From an uncultured Gemmatimonadota bacterium (GTDB taxonomy: Bacteria > Latescibacterota > UBA2968 > UBA8231), in assembly GCA_903893785.1 (NCBI GenBank), contig CAITNQ010000424.1, forward strand, positions 7,666-71,665: a DNA stretch of 64,000 nt. Reading direction: 5' to 3'. Shown piece after piece: positions 39,949 to 48,694 of this stretch. How positions within the stretch are numbered: position 1 is the first letter of the stretch; every line of letters begins with the position of its first letter. A program made the position numbers and the translations under genes. The notes beneath the pieces were generated by a model. That model worked only from the letters and a program-made list of their open reading frames with translations. It did not search any database and was not told the origin of the DNA.

Positions 39949-40587
39949 TCAGCGCACCTCGACTTGGCCGAGTTGCCGGCGCAGGCGCATGACCCGAGGT
40001 ACGTACTCCCGTGTCTCCAGGGGCATCCGCCCCTGCTCGACGGCCTGTGGCCCGGCGTTGTAGGCCCACAGCGCCACCTCAACAGTGCGATACCGGTCGA
40101 GCAGCGAACGCAGATACCGCGTGCCCGAGGCAATGTTGTGCTCCGGGTCAAACAGATCGCCGGCGCCCAGGGACTTGCCCGTGGCCGGCATGAGTTGCAT
40201 CAGTCCCCGGGCCCCTTTGCGCGACACGGCGCGGGGGTCGCCCCCGGACTCGGCCTGGATCACCGCGCGCACCAGGTTGGCGTCCAGGCGGTTCTCGGCG
40301 CTGTAGCGGTCGACCAGTTCATCGTAGTGTGCCCCCCGCGGTCCGGTGTCCCGGCGGTCGCGATCGGGTTCGCCGATCCGCCCCAGGAACGGCCGCGGTT
40401 GGCCGTGGACGGGACGGCTGCTGCGGCCGACGATACCGGCCACCGTATGGTTGGCGAAGCTGTTGGCGATGATCGCCGCCAGCGGGTCGGCGGGGGGTGA
40501 CCCGGCCATCAGCGCCGACGCGGTGCCCAGGGTCGTGACCCAGGCAGCGACGGCGGCACGCGGCGCGCGGCGGCAGCGGGCGGTCAC
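39949..40587 (-). CDS. Lytic transglycosylase (SLT domain)
   Basis: AVIQAESGGDPRAVSRKGARGLMQLMP (catalytic Glu), NIASGTRYL, AYNAG, ETREYV. Confidence 0.92.
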   Translation of the reverse strand: MTARCRRAPRAAVAAWVTTLGTASALMAGSPPADPLAAIIANSFANHTVAGIVGRSSRPVHGQPRPFLGRIGEPDRDRRDTGPRGAHYDELVDRYSAENRLDANLVRAVIQAESGGDPRAVSRKGARGLMQLMPATGKSLGAGDLFDPEHNIASGTRYLRSLLDRYRTVEVALWAYNAGPQAVEQGRMPLETREYVPRVMRLRRQLGQVEVR

Positions 40588-40922
40588 GCGGTCAGGTCCA
40601 TCAGCCCGCCCAGGCTCACCCCGGTGCTGGCCGCGCGGACACCGCGCAGACCGTATACCGAAGGGGAGGGGGCGGTGGCTGCAGCCGGGGCCGCGAAGGC
40701 GTCGCGCAGGGCCTGCGTTTCAGCGGCACTGAGCACGGCCTGCAGTCTGGGGCTCGAGGTGACCTGGGTCGCGGCCGGCGAAACCGGGGGTGCCGGGGCC
40801 GAGGGGCGGTCGACCCTGGGGGTGGAGACGCCGCGGCGGCCGTCGATGGTCAGGTCAGCCTGGGCCCTTGGCGCCAGGGCGCGAGGCAGCGCCCCGCCCG
40901 AGGCTGTGCGGTTGATGTTCAT
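40584..40922 (-). CDS. Small hypothetical flagellar-operon protein
   Basis: 112 aa; GGAGG RBS; MNINRT...VLSAAETQAL...LGGLMDLTA; overlaps the SLT start. Confidence 0.7.
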   Translation of the reverse strand: MNINRTASGGALPRALAPRAQADLTIDGRRGVSTPRVDRPSAPAPPVSPAATQVTSSPRLQAVLSAAETQALRDAFAAPAAATAPSPSVYGLRGVRAASTGVSLGGLMDLTA

Positions 40923-40970
40923 GGGTTCCCTCCCCGTGGCAGATCACGGCGCCCGGCGGGCGCCGCCGGG

Positions 40971-41462
40971 CTAGATCTCCAGCGACCGGTTGATCATGTC
41001 CTTGGCCGCGCCCAGCACCGTGACGTTAGCCTCGTAGGCGCGCGACGTGGCGATCATGTCCACCATCTCGGTGATCGGATTGATGTCCGGAAGCAGCACC
41101 ATGCCGTCTTCGCGGGCATCCGGATGGTTCGGGTCGTACACCATGCGCGGTTTGACCGGCTCCTCGCGCACCTCGGCGGTGCGCACGCCGGAGCCGACGA
41201 TGAACTCCCCCGGCTGCGGCGCCCCCTCCTCCATGTGCGCCGCCTGCGTCCGCCGCAGGCGGTTCTGTTCGCGATCGAGGACGGTGTTGAAGGTGCTGGC
41301 CTTGGGCGCCTCCATCATGATCACACGCTTGCGCTTGTACGGGCCGCCCTCGTCGGTGCGCGTGGTGTCAACGTTGGCCAGGTTGCTGGCGATAGCGGTC
41401 AGGCGACGCCGCTGCGCGCTCAGACCCGTGCCGCTGATGTCGATGGTATCGAAGATGCGCAT
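40971..41462 (-). CDS. flgC: Proximal rod protein FlgC
   Basis: ISGTGLSAQRRRL...NLANVDTT; YDPNHPDA; EMVDMIATSRAYEAN. Confidence 0.97.
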   Translation of the reverse strand: MRIFDTIDISGTGLSAQRRRLTAIASNLANVDTTRTDEGGPYKRKRVIMMEAPKASTFNTVLDREQNRLRRTQAAHMEEGAPQPGEFIVGSGVRTAEVREEPVKPRMVYDPNHPDAREDGMVLLPDINPITEMVDMIATSRAYEANVTVLGAAKDMINRSLEI

Positions 41463-41525
41463 GCGGGTTCACTCGCGGTTGCCGCGCGACCCTGGAGGGT
41501 CAGCGCCGGTGGCGGGCGGCGGAGC

Positions 41526-41939
41526 TCAGCGCGAGCGTCCGGTGATGGCTTTGCGCAGTCCGTCGAACTGCCGCGCCATCAGCTTCTGGCCGGCGTTGAA
41601 GAACAGGTGGTTCTCGGCCAGGGTGGCCATCTCCTGGTCGATGTCGACATTGTTCAGTCCTGAGTCGTTGACACTGGATTCGGGCTCGAAGACTTCCGGG
41701 TTGGCCGTGGGGCTAGGGATCGCCAGGTGCCGCGGGTCGCTACGGCGTCCCTCGATCGCGGTGTTGCCGACAATGGACTCCAGATAGTCCTGGAAGCGCA
41801 CGTCCTGGCGCCGGTACCCCGGGGTGCTGACGTTGGCGACGTTGTTAGCCAGCACGCGCTGCCGGAGCTGGGTAACGTCCAGCACGCCGGTGAGCACCGG
41901 GACCTTGGTCTTGTTGAACAGCACCTTGTCGAGGAACAT
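41526..41939 (-). CDS. flgB: Proximal rod protein FlgB
   Basis: RQRVLANNVANVSTPGYRRQDV; NNVDIDQEM. Confidence 0.96.
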   Translation of the reverse strand: MFLDKVLFNKTKVPVLTGVLDVTQLRQRVLANNVANVSTPGYRRQDVRFQDYLESIVGNTAIEGRRSDPRHLAIPSPTANPEVFEPESSVNDSGLNNVDIDQEMATLAENHLFFNAGQKLMARQFDGLRKAITGRSR

Positions 41940-41987
41940 GCTTCACCCTCCGCGTGGACCGCGCGAACCCGCATCGGCAGGGGCGGG

Positions 41988-42003
41988 AGCAAAGCCTATG
42001 CCA
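41988..42003 (-). promoter_or_regulatory. sigma54 (-24/-12) promoter for the flgB operon
   Basis: Minus strand TGGCATAGGCTTTGCT matches TGGCA-N6-TTGCW with exact spacing, 48 bp before the flgB start. Confidence 0.8.
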
Positions 42004-42199
42004 TGACCACCCAGAGAGTGCGGTAGGGCCTTGGCGCGGTTGTGGTTGCGGCAACCGCGGCCGGGCCGGGCCGAGCCCGGCAGAGGGAAGGATGGGAGCC
42101 CAGCGGCACGATGGCGGGAAAATCCTGCCCTCGGCGGCGGGCGTGGCCACCCGAGGGGTCAGGGTCGCCGACGGCCAGGCGGTGGACGCACGGGGTGCC

Positions 42200-43177
42200 T
42201 CAGTCGCGGGGCGCGCCGACGCGGCGTTCCACGGGCGGCACGTGCCCGCCCTGCTGGTTGGCGCTGGCCAGCATGTCGCCGATCAGGCCGGTGGAGATGA
42301 ACTGCACGCCGACGACCAGGAGCAGCACCGCCAGCATGAGCAGCGGGTGGCGGTTCTGGATGTCGCCGAAGCGCAGGCGCAGGGAGGCGATGTACAGGGC
42401 GATCACACTGCCGATGCCGGCCGCCACCACACCGAGGGCGCCGAAGACGTGCATGGGCCGGGTCATGAAGCGCATCACGAAGGTGATGCTCAGCAAGTCC
42501 AGGAAGCCGCTCAGCAGACGTCGCGCCCCGAACTTGGAGTAACCGTACCGGCGCGGATGGTGCAGGACCACGACCTCGCCCACGCGGTAACCGAGCCAGT
42601 GCGCCATCGCCGGCAGATAGCGGTACAGCTCGCCGTACAGATAGGGCAGCACGTCTTGGGTGACTTCGCGGCGATAGGCCTTGAGGCCGCAGTTGAAGTC
42701 GTGCAGGCGGATGCCGGCCACGGCCGAGGTGACCCGGTTCCACACCTTGGAGGGCAGCGTCTTGCTCAGCGGGTCATGGCGCCGGCGCTTCCAGCCCGAG
42801 ATCAGATCGTGGTCGGGTTCGAGGGCCGCAAGCAGGTGCGGGATCTCCTGCGGGTCGTCTTGGAGGTCGGCGTCCATGGTGATGACGATCCGGCCCCGAG
42901 CCTCGCGGAAGCCGGCCGACAGGGCGGCCGCCTTGCGGTAGTTGCGGCGGAAACGCACCCCGCGGATGCGCGGATCGGCCTGGTGCAGGGCCTCGACGAC
43001 GGCAAAGGACCCGTCTGTGCTGCCGTCGTCAACGAAGACCACCTCACTGGCGAAGGGCAACGTGGCCAGGACCGGGGCGAGTTGGTCATAGAGCGGGCGC
43101 AGGCTCTCAACTTCGTTGTACACAGGTATGACCACGGAAAGCCCGACGTCGGTCGGGGCTGCCTGCTCGGGTACCAT
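42200..43177 (-). CDS. GT2 polyprenol-phosphate glycosyltransferase (ArnC/GtrB-like)
   Basis: SVVIPVYNE, VDDGSTD, MDADLQDDP, HDFNCGLKAYR; two C-terminal TMs. Confidence 0.92.
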   Translation of the reverse strand: MVPEQAAPTDVGLSVVIPVYNEVESLRPLYDQLAPVLATLPFASEVVFVDDGSTDGSFAVVEALHQADPRIRGVRFRRNYRKAAALSAGFREARGRIVITMDADLQDDPQEIPHLLAALEPDHDLISGWKRRRHDPLSKTLPSKVWNRVTSAVAGIRLHDFNCGLKAYRREVTQDVLPYLYGELYRYLPAMAHWLGYRVGEVVVLHHPRRYGYSKFGARRLLSGFLDLLSITFVMRFMTRPMHVFGALGVVAAGIGSVIALYIASLRLRFGDIQNRHPLLMLAVLLLVVGVQFISTGLIGDMLASANQQGGHVPPVERRVGAPRD

Positions 43178-45429
43178 CACCTGCCCTCCTGGTTCTGGCC
43201 GGTCGCCTCCAGCCGCTTGGCCAGTGCCAGCGCCTCCTGGTGGCCGGGATAACGCGTCAACACCAGCCGCGCCTGCGCCAGGGCCTGGTCCGGGCGGCCC
43301 TGCCGTTCGAAAACCTGGGCCAGGGCCAGGCGCCAGGGGGTGGGATCCGCGGCGCGGAAACACGCCAGCATTAGGGCTTTCTCGGCGTCGGCCAGACGCC
43401 CGTTGCGCAGATACAGCGTGCCCAGATGCCCCTGCCCGCGGTCGTCCTGCGGCCGCAGGGCGACGGCTCGCTCCAGCAGTGCCAGGCCCTCCTCGCGGCG
43501 TCCCAGGGCGTCGTATTCGATGCCCAGGTTGATCAGCAGATCCGGTGCATCGGGCCAGAAGACCCGCGCCTGCTCGAATGTGGCCGCCGCCACGTCGTGA
43601 CGGCCGTCGCGAATGGCCAGGACCGCCAGCCAGGTGTAGCCATCGGGGTCCAGGGGCGTCAGCGCAATGCTGCGGCGGAAAAGCTGCTCGGCTTCGGGAT
43701 TGCGGCCGCCCTGCTCAAGGATGGCACGGCCCAGCAGGCGCAGGGCACGAGCATTGTTGGGGTGGAGCGCCAGGCTCTGCCGCAACGCAGCCTCGGCTTC
43801 TGGATACCGCTCCTCGCGCAGGTGGGCCAAACCGAGCATGTGGTAATACGAGTAGTCACTGCCGCGCCAGCGGGCCGCCTGGGCAAAGGCCAGCGCCGCC
43901 CTGTTGTTGTAGCCCAGCTGGTTGTTCCACAATCCCCGGAAGTAGTGGTAGTCGGCGGCCAGGAGGCGCACGCTCTGCGCCACGCCCACCGCGGCCACCA
44001 GACAGGCCAGGGCCAGCACCCCCACCCGCTTGCCGCGGCCCAGGAGCACGCCGACCTGGGGCGGGCCAGCAGACGGCCGCGGCAACGACACGGCCAAGCC
44101 GGCCAGGAGCCAGAAATGGGTCGCCGAGGTGGGGTCCTGCAGGTTGAAGCTGAAGAGCGCGTGCACCACCACGGCGACCTGGCCCACCAACACGGCTTCG
44201 GTCAAGATGCCGTCACCGCTGCCGGCGACGAGCCGCTCGCGGGCCAGGCGATGGGTATGCCACAGCACGGCGGCGAGCAACCAGACAAACGCCGCCGCCC
44301 CGACCACGCCGGTCTGGGCCATGGTCTCGAGGTACTCGTTGTGGGCCTGATAGGCCAGCTCAATGCGGTCGTCCATGACCTGGCGCCACTCGCGATGCCG
44401 GTCCAGCGTGCGATAGGCCGGCAGCTGGAAGCGGAAGTTGCCCGGTCCCACGCCCAGCAGCGGGTGGTCATGGATCAAGTCGATGGTGTCGGCCCAGATC
44501 AGGCGGCGTTGGGCGACGCTGAATTCGTGCGCATCGAAGCTGCTGAGGAACCGCGTCCAGCTGCGCCAGACCAGGACACTGGCACGCGCCCGCAGACTAC
44601 CCGGATCGACGGCGGGTGAGGTGGTCACGGCAACCAACAGCAGCACGGCCAGCACCCCACCGGCCACCGCGCCCACGGGGGCCAACCGGCGCCACGGCAC
44701 GCGCCGACGCCAGCGAAGGACGCCAAAGGCAGCCGCCGCCATCAGCGCCAGCCAACCGCCGCGGTTCTGGATGACGACCAGATGCCCCAGCACGGCCGCC
44801 AGGGCCAGCCCGAGCAGGACGCGGGTGCGCAGCCGGGAAACCACCAGCAGCAGCCCGACAAGCAGCGGCACGGCCACATCATAATAGTGGGCCACGTAGT
44901 TCGTGTTGCCCAAGGTGGAGACCGGCAGGTCGCCGTAGTCGCGGGGCAATGGAATCAGGTGCACGCCGAGGTACTGCAGCAGCCCCAGGGCGGCGACGGC
45001 GCCGGCCACGGCCGCGACCGTCCACATGGGCCAACGGGCCTGCCCCGTCGGCGACGGGCAGTTGGCGGCGAGGAAGTAGACGACGAACCACCCCACCTGG
45101 CCCAACACGGCTTCGATCCCCGCAGGCCGGTTGCCGGCCGTGGCCACAGAGAGCAGGGATACGCCAAGGAAAACGCCCATCGGCAGCAGTGCGGGCGTGG
45201 GCGTCCACGCCAGCCGGCCGCTGCGCACGGCGGCAACCAGCCACGCGGCCAGCCCCAGGCCAGCCAAGACGGAAACGGCCGCGAACTTGGGCACCATGTA
45301 CTCGGTGAAGAACGGGAAGTACAGCACGGTAACGGCCGCTGCCAACAAGGCCAGACCACCGGGTAATGCCCCTGTCCAGAGCCGAGCCGCCGTTCGCGGC
45401 CCGACCGCCGGGCTACCTGCTGCAGTCAT
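43177..45429 (-). CDS. O-antigen ligase / O-oligosaccharyltransferase-like protein (Wzy_C) with C-terminal TPRs
   Basis: About 12 TMs; STLGNTNY, NRGGWLA, RRLIWADT...PLLGVGPGNF, 'AHNEYLETMAQTGVVG'; TPR tail. Confidence 0.88.
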   Translation of the reverse strand: MTAAGSPAVGPRTAARLWTGALPGGLALLAAAVTVLYFPFFTEYMVPKFAAVSVLAGLGLAAWLVAAVRSGRLAWTPTPALLPMGVFLGVSLLSVATAGNRPAGIEAVLGQVGWFVVYFLAANCPSPTGQARWPMWTVAAVAGAVAALGLLQYLGVHLIPLPRDYGDLPVSTLGNTNYVAHYYDVAVPLLVGLLLVVSRLRTRVLLGLALAAVLGHLVVIQNRGGWLALMAAAAFGVLRWRRRVPWRRLAPVGAVAGGVLAVLLLVAVTTSPAVDPGSLRARASVLVWRSWTRFLSSFDAHEFSVAQRRLIWADTIDLIHDHPLLGVGPGNFRFQLPAYRTLDRHREWRQVMDDRIELAYQAHNEYLETMAQTGVVGAAAFVWLLAAVLWHTHRLARERLVAGSGDGILTEAVLVGQVAVVVHALFSFNLQDPTSATHFWLLAGLAVSLPRPSAGPPQVGVLLGRGKRVGVLALACLVAAVGVAQSVRLLAADYHYFRGLWNNQLGYNNRAALAFAQAARWRGSDYSYYHMLGLAHLREERYPEAEAALRQSLALHPNNARALRLLGRAILEQGGRNPEAEQLFRRSIALTPLDPDGYTWLAVLAIRDGRHDVAAATFEQARVFWPDAPDLLINLGIEYDALGRREEGLALLERAVALRPQDDRGQGHLGTLYLRNGRLADAEKALMLACFRAADPTPWRLALAQVFERQGRPDQALAQARLVLTRYPGHQEALALAKRLEATGQNQEGR

Positions 45430-45586
45430 CGGTTCCCTCTCAACGCACGCCACCTCTGCCGGGGCTGCCCTCGTCCGGGCTGGGCCAGCCGTGGCGCGCA
45501 AGGCCACAGGAATGGCAAAATACGCCCGCGCGCTACCCGGGTCCAGCCAGTTGGGGCCGCCGGCGGCGCTGCGGCCAGACCGGCGG

Positions 45587-46696
45587 TTAGACAAAATCCG
45601 GATCGCGCTGTTCGACCCAGATCACCTCGGCTGCCAGCACAAGCAGGCCAACCGCGACCAGTGGCCAGCCCCATGGGGTGCCGACGATCGCGACCAGGTA
45701 CCCCCCGGCGCCCAGCAGGAGGTTGACGGCGAGCACCAACAGGTCGACGCATCCAGGAGGCCACCCCAGCCGGCAGAGGCGCTGATACAAGTGCTTGCGG
45801 TGCGCCAGGGTGACGTTCTCGCCCCGTACGGCACGCCGCGCCAGGGTGTAGCTGGTATCGAAGGCGTGGTAGCCCAGATACAGGGCCACCAGCGCGATGG
45901 GCAGTCCCTGGCGTGCCGCCAGGACGCCAACGCCGGCAAGGGTGAAGCCCAGGAAGGTGGAGCCCACGTCACCCATGAAGATCCGGGCCGGCGGCCGGTT
46001 GTACACCAGGAACCCGGCTGCGGCCGCGCCCACCAGCACCACCTCGTGCCAGGGCAGGCCCAGATGGGCCAGCGAGAGGGCGATCAGGGCGGCAGCGGAA
46101 AGCGTCCCGGTGCAGGTGATACCGTCGATGCCGTCGATGAAGTTGAAGGCATTGCTGACGGCCAGCAGCCAGAAGGCGGTCAGGGGCCCGCCCCAGGCGC
46201 CCAGTTCGACCCGGCCCAAGCCCGGAACATCGAGCTGCTCCAGGTGCGGTCCCAAGCCCAGCCACAGCCCGGTGGCGGTCAGTAACAGCAGAGACTTCTC
46301 GGCAACGCCGAGGGGACGAACCACGTCGTCGATCCACAGCAGGAGCAGGACCACGGCCGCAGCGGCCCAGGCCCGCAGCCCCGAACCCAGGAGCAGCCCC
46401 GAGGCCTGGTCGTGGCCGGCCAGTACCCACGCCCCAACCGCCACACCGGCCACGATGGCCACCCCGCCCCCGGTGGGGGTGGGCAGTTGGTGCGAACTGC
46501 GGGAGTTGGGGCGATCCACCAGCTGCCAGGCGCGAGCCAGACGCACATAGCCAGCCGTACCGGCGACGGTAACCAGCAGCACCAGCACGGCTGCCCCCCA
46601 CACGGCCGGCAACTCAGTCACGTGCCCCCCGCCCAGCGCGGTCAACCGGCCCGCCAACGGCCCGGGGTCGGGCTGGGAGGGCTGATCCCGAGCCAT
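45587..46696 (-). CDS. WecA/MraY-family undecaprenyl-phosphate sugar-1-P transferase
   Basis: DRPNSRSSH..PTPTGGG, NAFNFIDGIDG, NRPPARIFMGDVGS, AHRKHLYQRL; start may be GTG 46619. Confidence 0.92.
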   Translation of the reverse strand: MARDQPSQPDPGPLAGRLTALGGGHVTELPAVWGAAVLVLLVTVAGTAGYVRLARAWQLVDRPNSRSSHQLPTPTGGGVAIVAGVAVGAWVLAGHDQASGLLLGSGLRAWAAAAVVLLLLWIDDVVRPLGVAEKSLLLLTATGLWLGLGPHLEQLDVPGLGRVELGAWGGPLTAFWLLAVSNAFNFIDGIDGITCTGTLSAAALIALSLAHLGLPWHEVVLVGAAAAGFLVYNRPPARIFMGDVGSTFLGFTLAGVGVLAARQGLPIALVALYLGYHAFDTSYTLARRAVRGENVTLAHRKHLYQRLCRLGWPPGCVDLLVLAVNLLLGAGGYLVAIVGTPWGWPLVAVGLLVLAAEVIWVEQRDPDFV

Positions 46697-47534
46697 GCAC
46701 CTGGGTCAGGCCTTCGACCAGGCCCATGGGGACGAAGTCCAAGTCCGCGGTGGCGGCGGTTATTGACGCCGTCTTGTCTTCCTGGAGGCGGAGTATCTGT
46801 TCGGCCACCAAGCCCACCCTCCTGCCCCAGGCAGCCGGCACCCAACGCGCTGCCGCCAGGGCCACGTTGACCGGGATGTGGCAGAGACGCGGTCGAACAC
46901 CCACGGCGCGGCCCACGGCCTCGACCAACTCACTGTAGGCCATGGGTTGCGGCCCCGCCAGGTCATACTGGCGCCCGGCCACCGCGGGCCGGGTCAGGGC
47001 CGCCAGCAGCGCCGCAATGACATCGTCCACGTGCACCGGCTGCTGCAGGGCCTGGCCGTCGCCGTAGACCGGCAGCCAACGGCATCGACGGAGAAAGGCC
47101 GCCAGACGTGTCAGGTTGCGGTCGTCGTCAGGGCCGTAGATCATCGACGACCGCAGGAGCACCACGCGTTCGCCCGCCGCCCGGGCCTGTCGTTCCCCTT
47201 CGCGCACCTGGCCCACGGACGGCGACGGGACACGGGAGTTGCCCCGTTGTGAACTCACCACCACCACCCGTGTCACGTGGGGCCCCAGGGCCGCCAGCAG
47301 CGCTCCGGTGTAGCGGACATGGGCCAGGTGCAGGGCGGCGCAGATGCCGTCGTCCACGCCCGCGAGGGTGGCTGGCTGCTCCAGGTCGCCGCGGTGCAGG
47401 ACCAGGCGCGGATGGGGGGCGAAGGCGGTTGATCTGCCTGGGCGCACCAGGCAGCGTACCGACCACCCGCCCGCCATCAGGTGGGGCACCAGGCGACGCC
47501 CTACGTAGCCGGTGGCGCCCGTGACCAAGATCAT
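46614..47534 (-). CDS. NAD-dependent epimerase/dehydratase (atypical SDR)
   Basis: MILVTGATGYVG, LRSSMIYGPDD, QPVHVDDV. Confidence 0.88.
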   Translation of the reverse strand: MILVTGATGYVGRRLVPHLMAGGWSVRCLVRPGRSTAFAPHPRLVLHRGDLEQPATLAGVDDGICAALHLAHVRYTGALLAALGPHVTRVVVVSSQRGNSRVPSPSVGQVREGERQARAAGERVVLLRSSMIYGPDDDRNLTRLAAFLRRCRWLPVYGDGQALQQPVHVDDVIAALLAALTRPAVAGRQYDLAGPQPMAYSELVEAVGRAVGVRPRLCHIPVNVALAAARWVPAAWGRRVGLVAEQILRLQEDKTASITAATADLDFVPMGLVEGLTQVHGSGSALPARPRAVGGPVDRAGRGARD

Positions 47535-48694
47535 GGGCGGACGCCAGGGGCGGCGAGCAGCTGGCGGTAGCATTCGCCCACCTGGCCGAGCATGGCGTCG
47601 CGGCCAAAGTGCCGGACGGCGCGATCCTGACCGGCCCGGCCCAGACGGCGGCCCCATTCGCGGTCGGCCAGGACGGCGGTCGCGGCGCGCGCCAGGGCAG
47701 CCGGGTCTTCTGGATCCACGAGCACGCCCGTAACGCCATCGACCACCGCCTCGGGGATGCCGCCGACACGGCTGGCCACGATGGGCACGCCCATGGCCAT
47801 GGCCTCGATGATCACCGTCGGCAGCCCCTCGCGCCGCGATGGGACCAGCAGCACCGACAGTCCCGCCAGCCAGGGTCGCACGTCGGCCACGATGCCGGCG
47901 AAGCCCACGGACCGCGCCAACCCCAGGTGATGGACCTGCTGCGCCAGGTGCGGTTGCTGCGGCCCCCCACCGACGATCCACAGCCGGGCCCCGGGGTGCT
48001 CGCGACAGATGGCCGGCATCGCCGCCAACAGAAGGTCGAAGCCCTTCTCCTCGGTGAGGCTGCCGATGGCGCCCAGGCAGGGCGTGCGGGCGCCGTCGGC
48101 AGGTCCACCCCCTGACGGAGCATAGCCCACGAAACGCGCCAGGTCGACGCCGTTGTAGACTACGCGGTACTGGTCCGGGCGACCGATCCCCATGGCCAGG
48201 CAGGCGCGGGCCGTGTCCTGGCTGACCGCGAGGATGCACTGGGTGCGTCGAGCCACGGCCCGTTCGCACCAGCGGAACACCAACCCCACCAGAGTTGGGC
48301 GCTGAACCTCGGCTACCTGACCGTGGTAGGTGTGGACCGTGGCAGTAATGCCCATCCGGGCGGCAGCCACGCGCCCCAGGATGCCGGCCTTGGAGATATG
48401 CGTATGCACCAGGTCGTACTGCCCCAGGGCCAGGCGCCGGCAAAGGCCCCGGTACGCCACCCAATCACGCCGGGGGTCAACCTGACGCTGCAGGGCGGGC
48501 ACCTGCCACGTGGTGATCCCCAGGTCACGCGCTTCGTCCCACAGATCGCCCTCGCCCGGCTCGCTGCGGCCGGCCAGGACGTCCACGGTGAACTCTTCGC
48601 GGTCGAGCCCCGCAGCCAGGGACAGGACGTGTCGGGGCACGCCGCGCACGGCCAGGCGCGTGCATACCTGCAGAATGCGGTAGGGTCGCGTCAC
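47531..48694 (-). CDS. GT4 family glycosyltransferase
   Basis: VHTHISKAGILGR, YNGVD, EEKGFDLL, PSRREGLPTVIIEAMAMG, VGGIPE. Confidence 0.92.
   Translation of the reverse strand: MTRPYRILQVCTRLAVRGVPRHVLSLAAGLDREEFTVDVLAGRSEPGEGDLWDEARDLGITTWQVPALQRQVDPRRDWVAYRGLCRRLALGQYDLVHTHISKAGILGRVAAARMGITATVHTYHGQVAEVQRPTLVGLVFRWCERAVARRTQCILAVSQDTARACLAMGIGRPDQYRVVYNGVDLARFVGYAPSGGGPADGARTPCLGAIGSLTEEKGFDLLLAAMPAICREHPGARLWIVGGGPQQPHLAQQVHHLGLARSVGFAGIVADVRPWLAGLSVLLVPSRREGLPTVIIEAMAMGVPIVASRVGGIPEAVVDGVTGVLVDPEDPAALARAATAVLADREWGRRLGRAGQDRAVRHFGRDAMLGQVGECYRQLLAAPGVRP

Noticed and set aside
15382-41939. Absence of fliC, fliD, flgF/G, flgA/H/I, flgK/L and che genes
   Set aside because: These are commonly in separate clusters, so their absence from this window is uninformative, unlike fliG.
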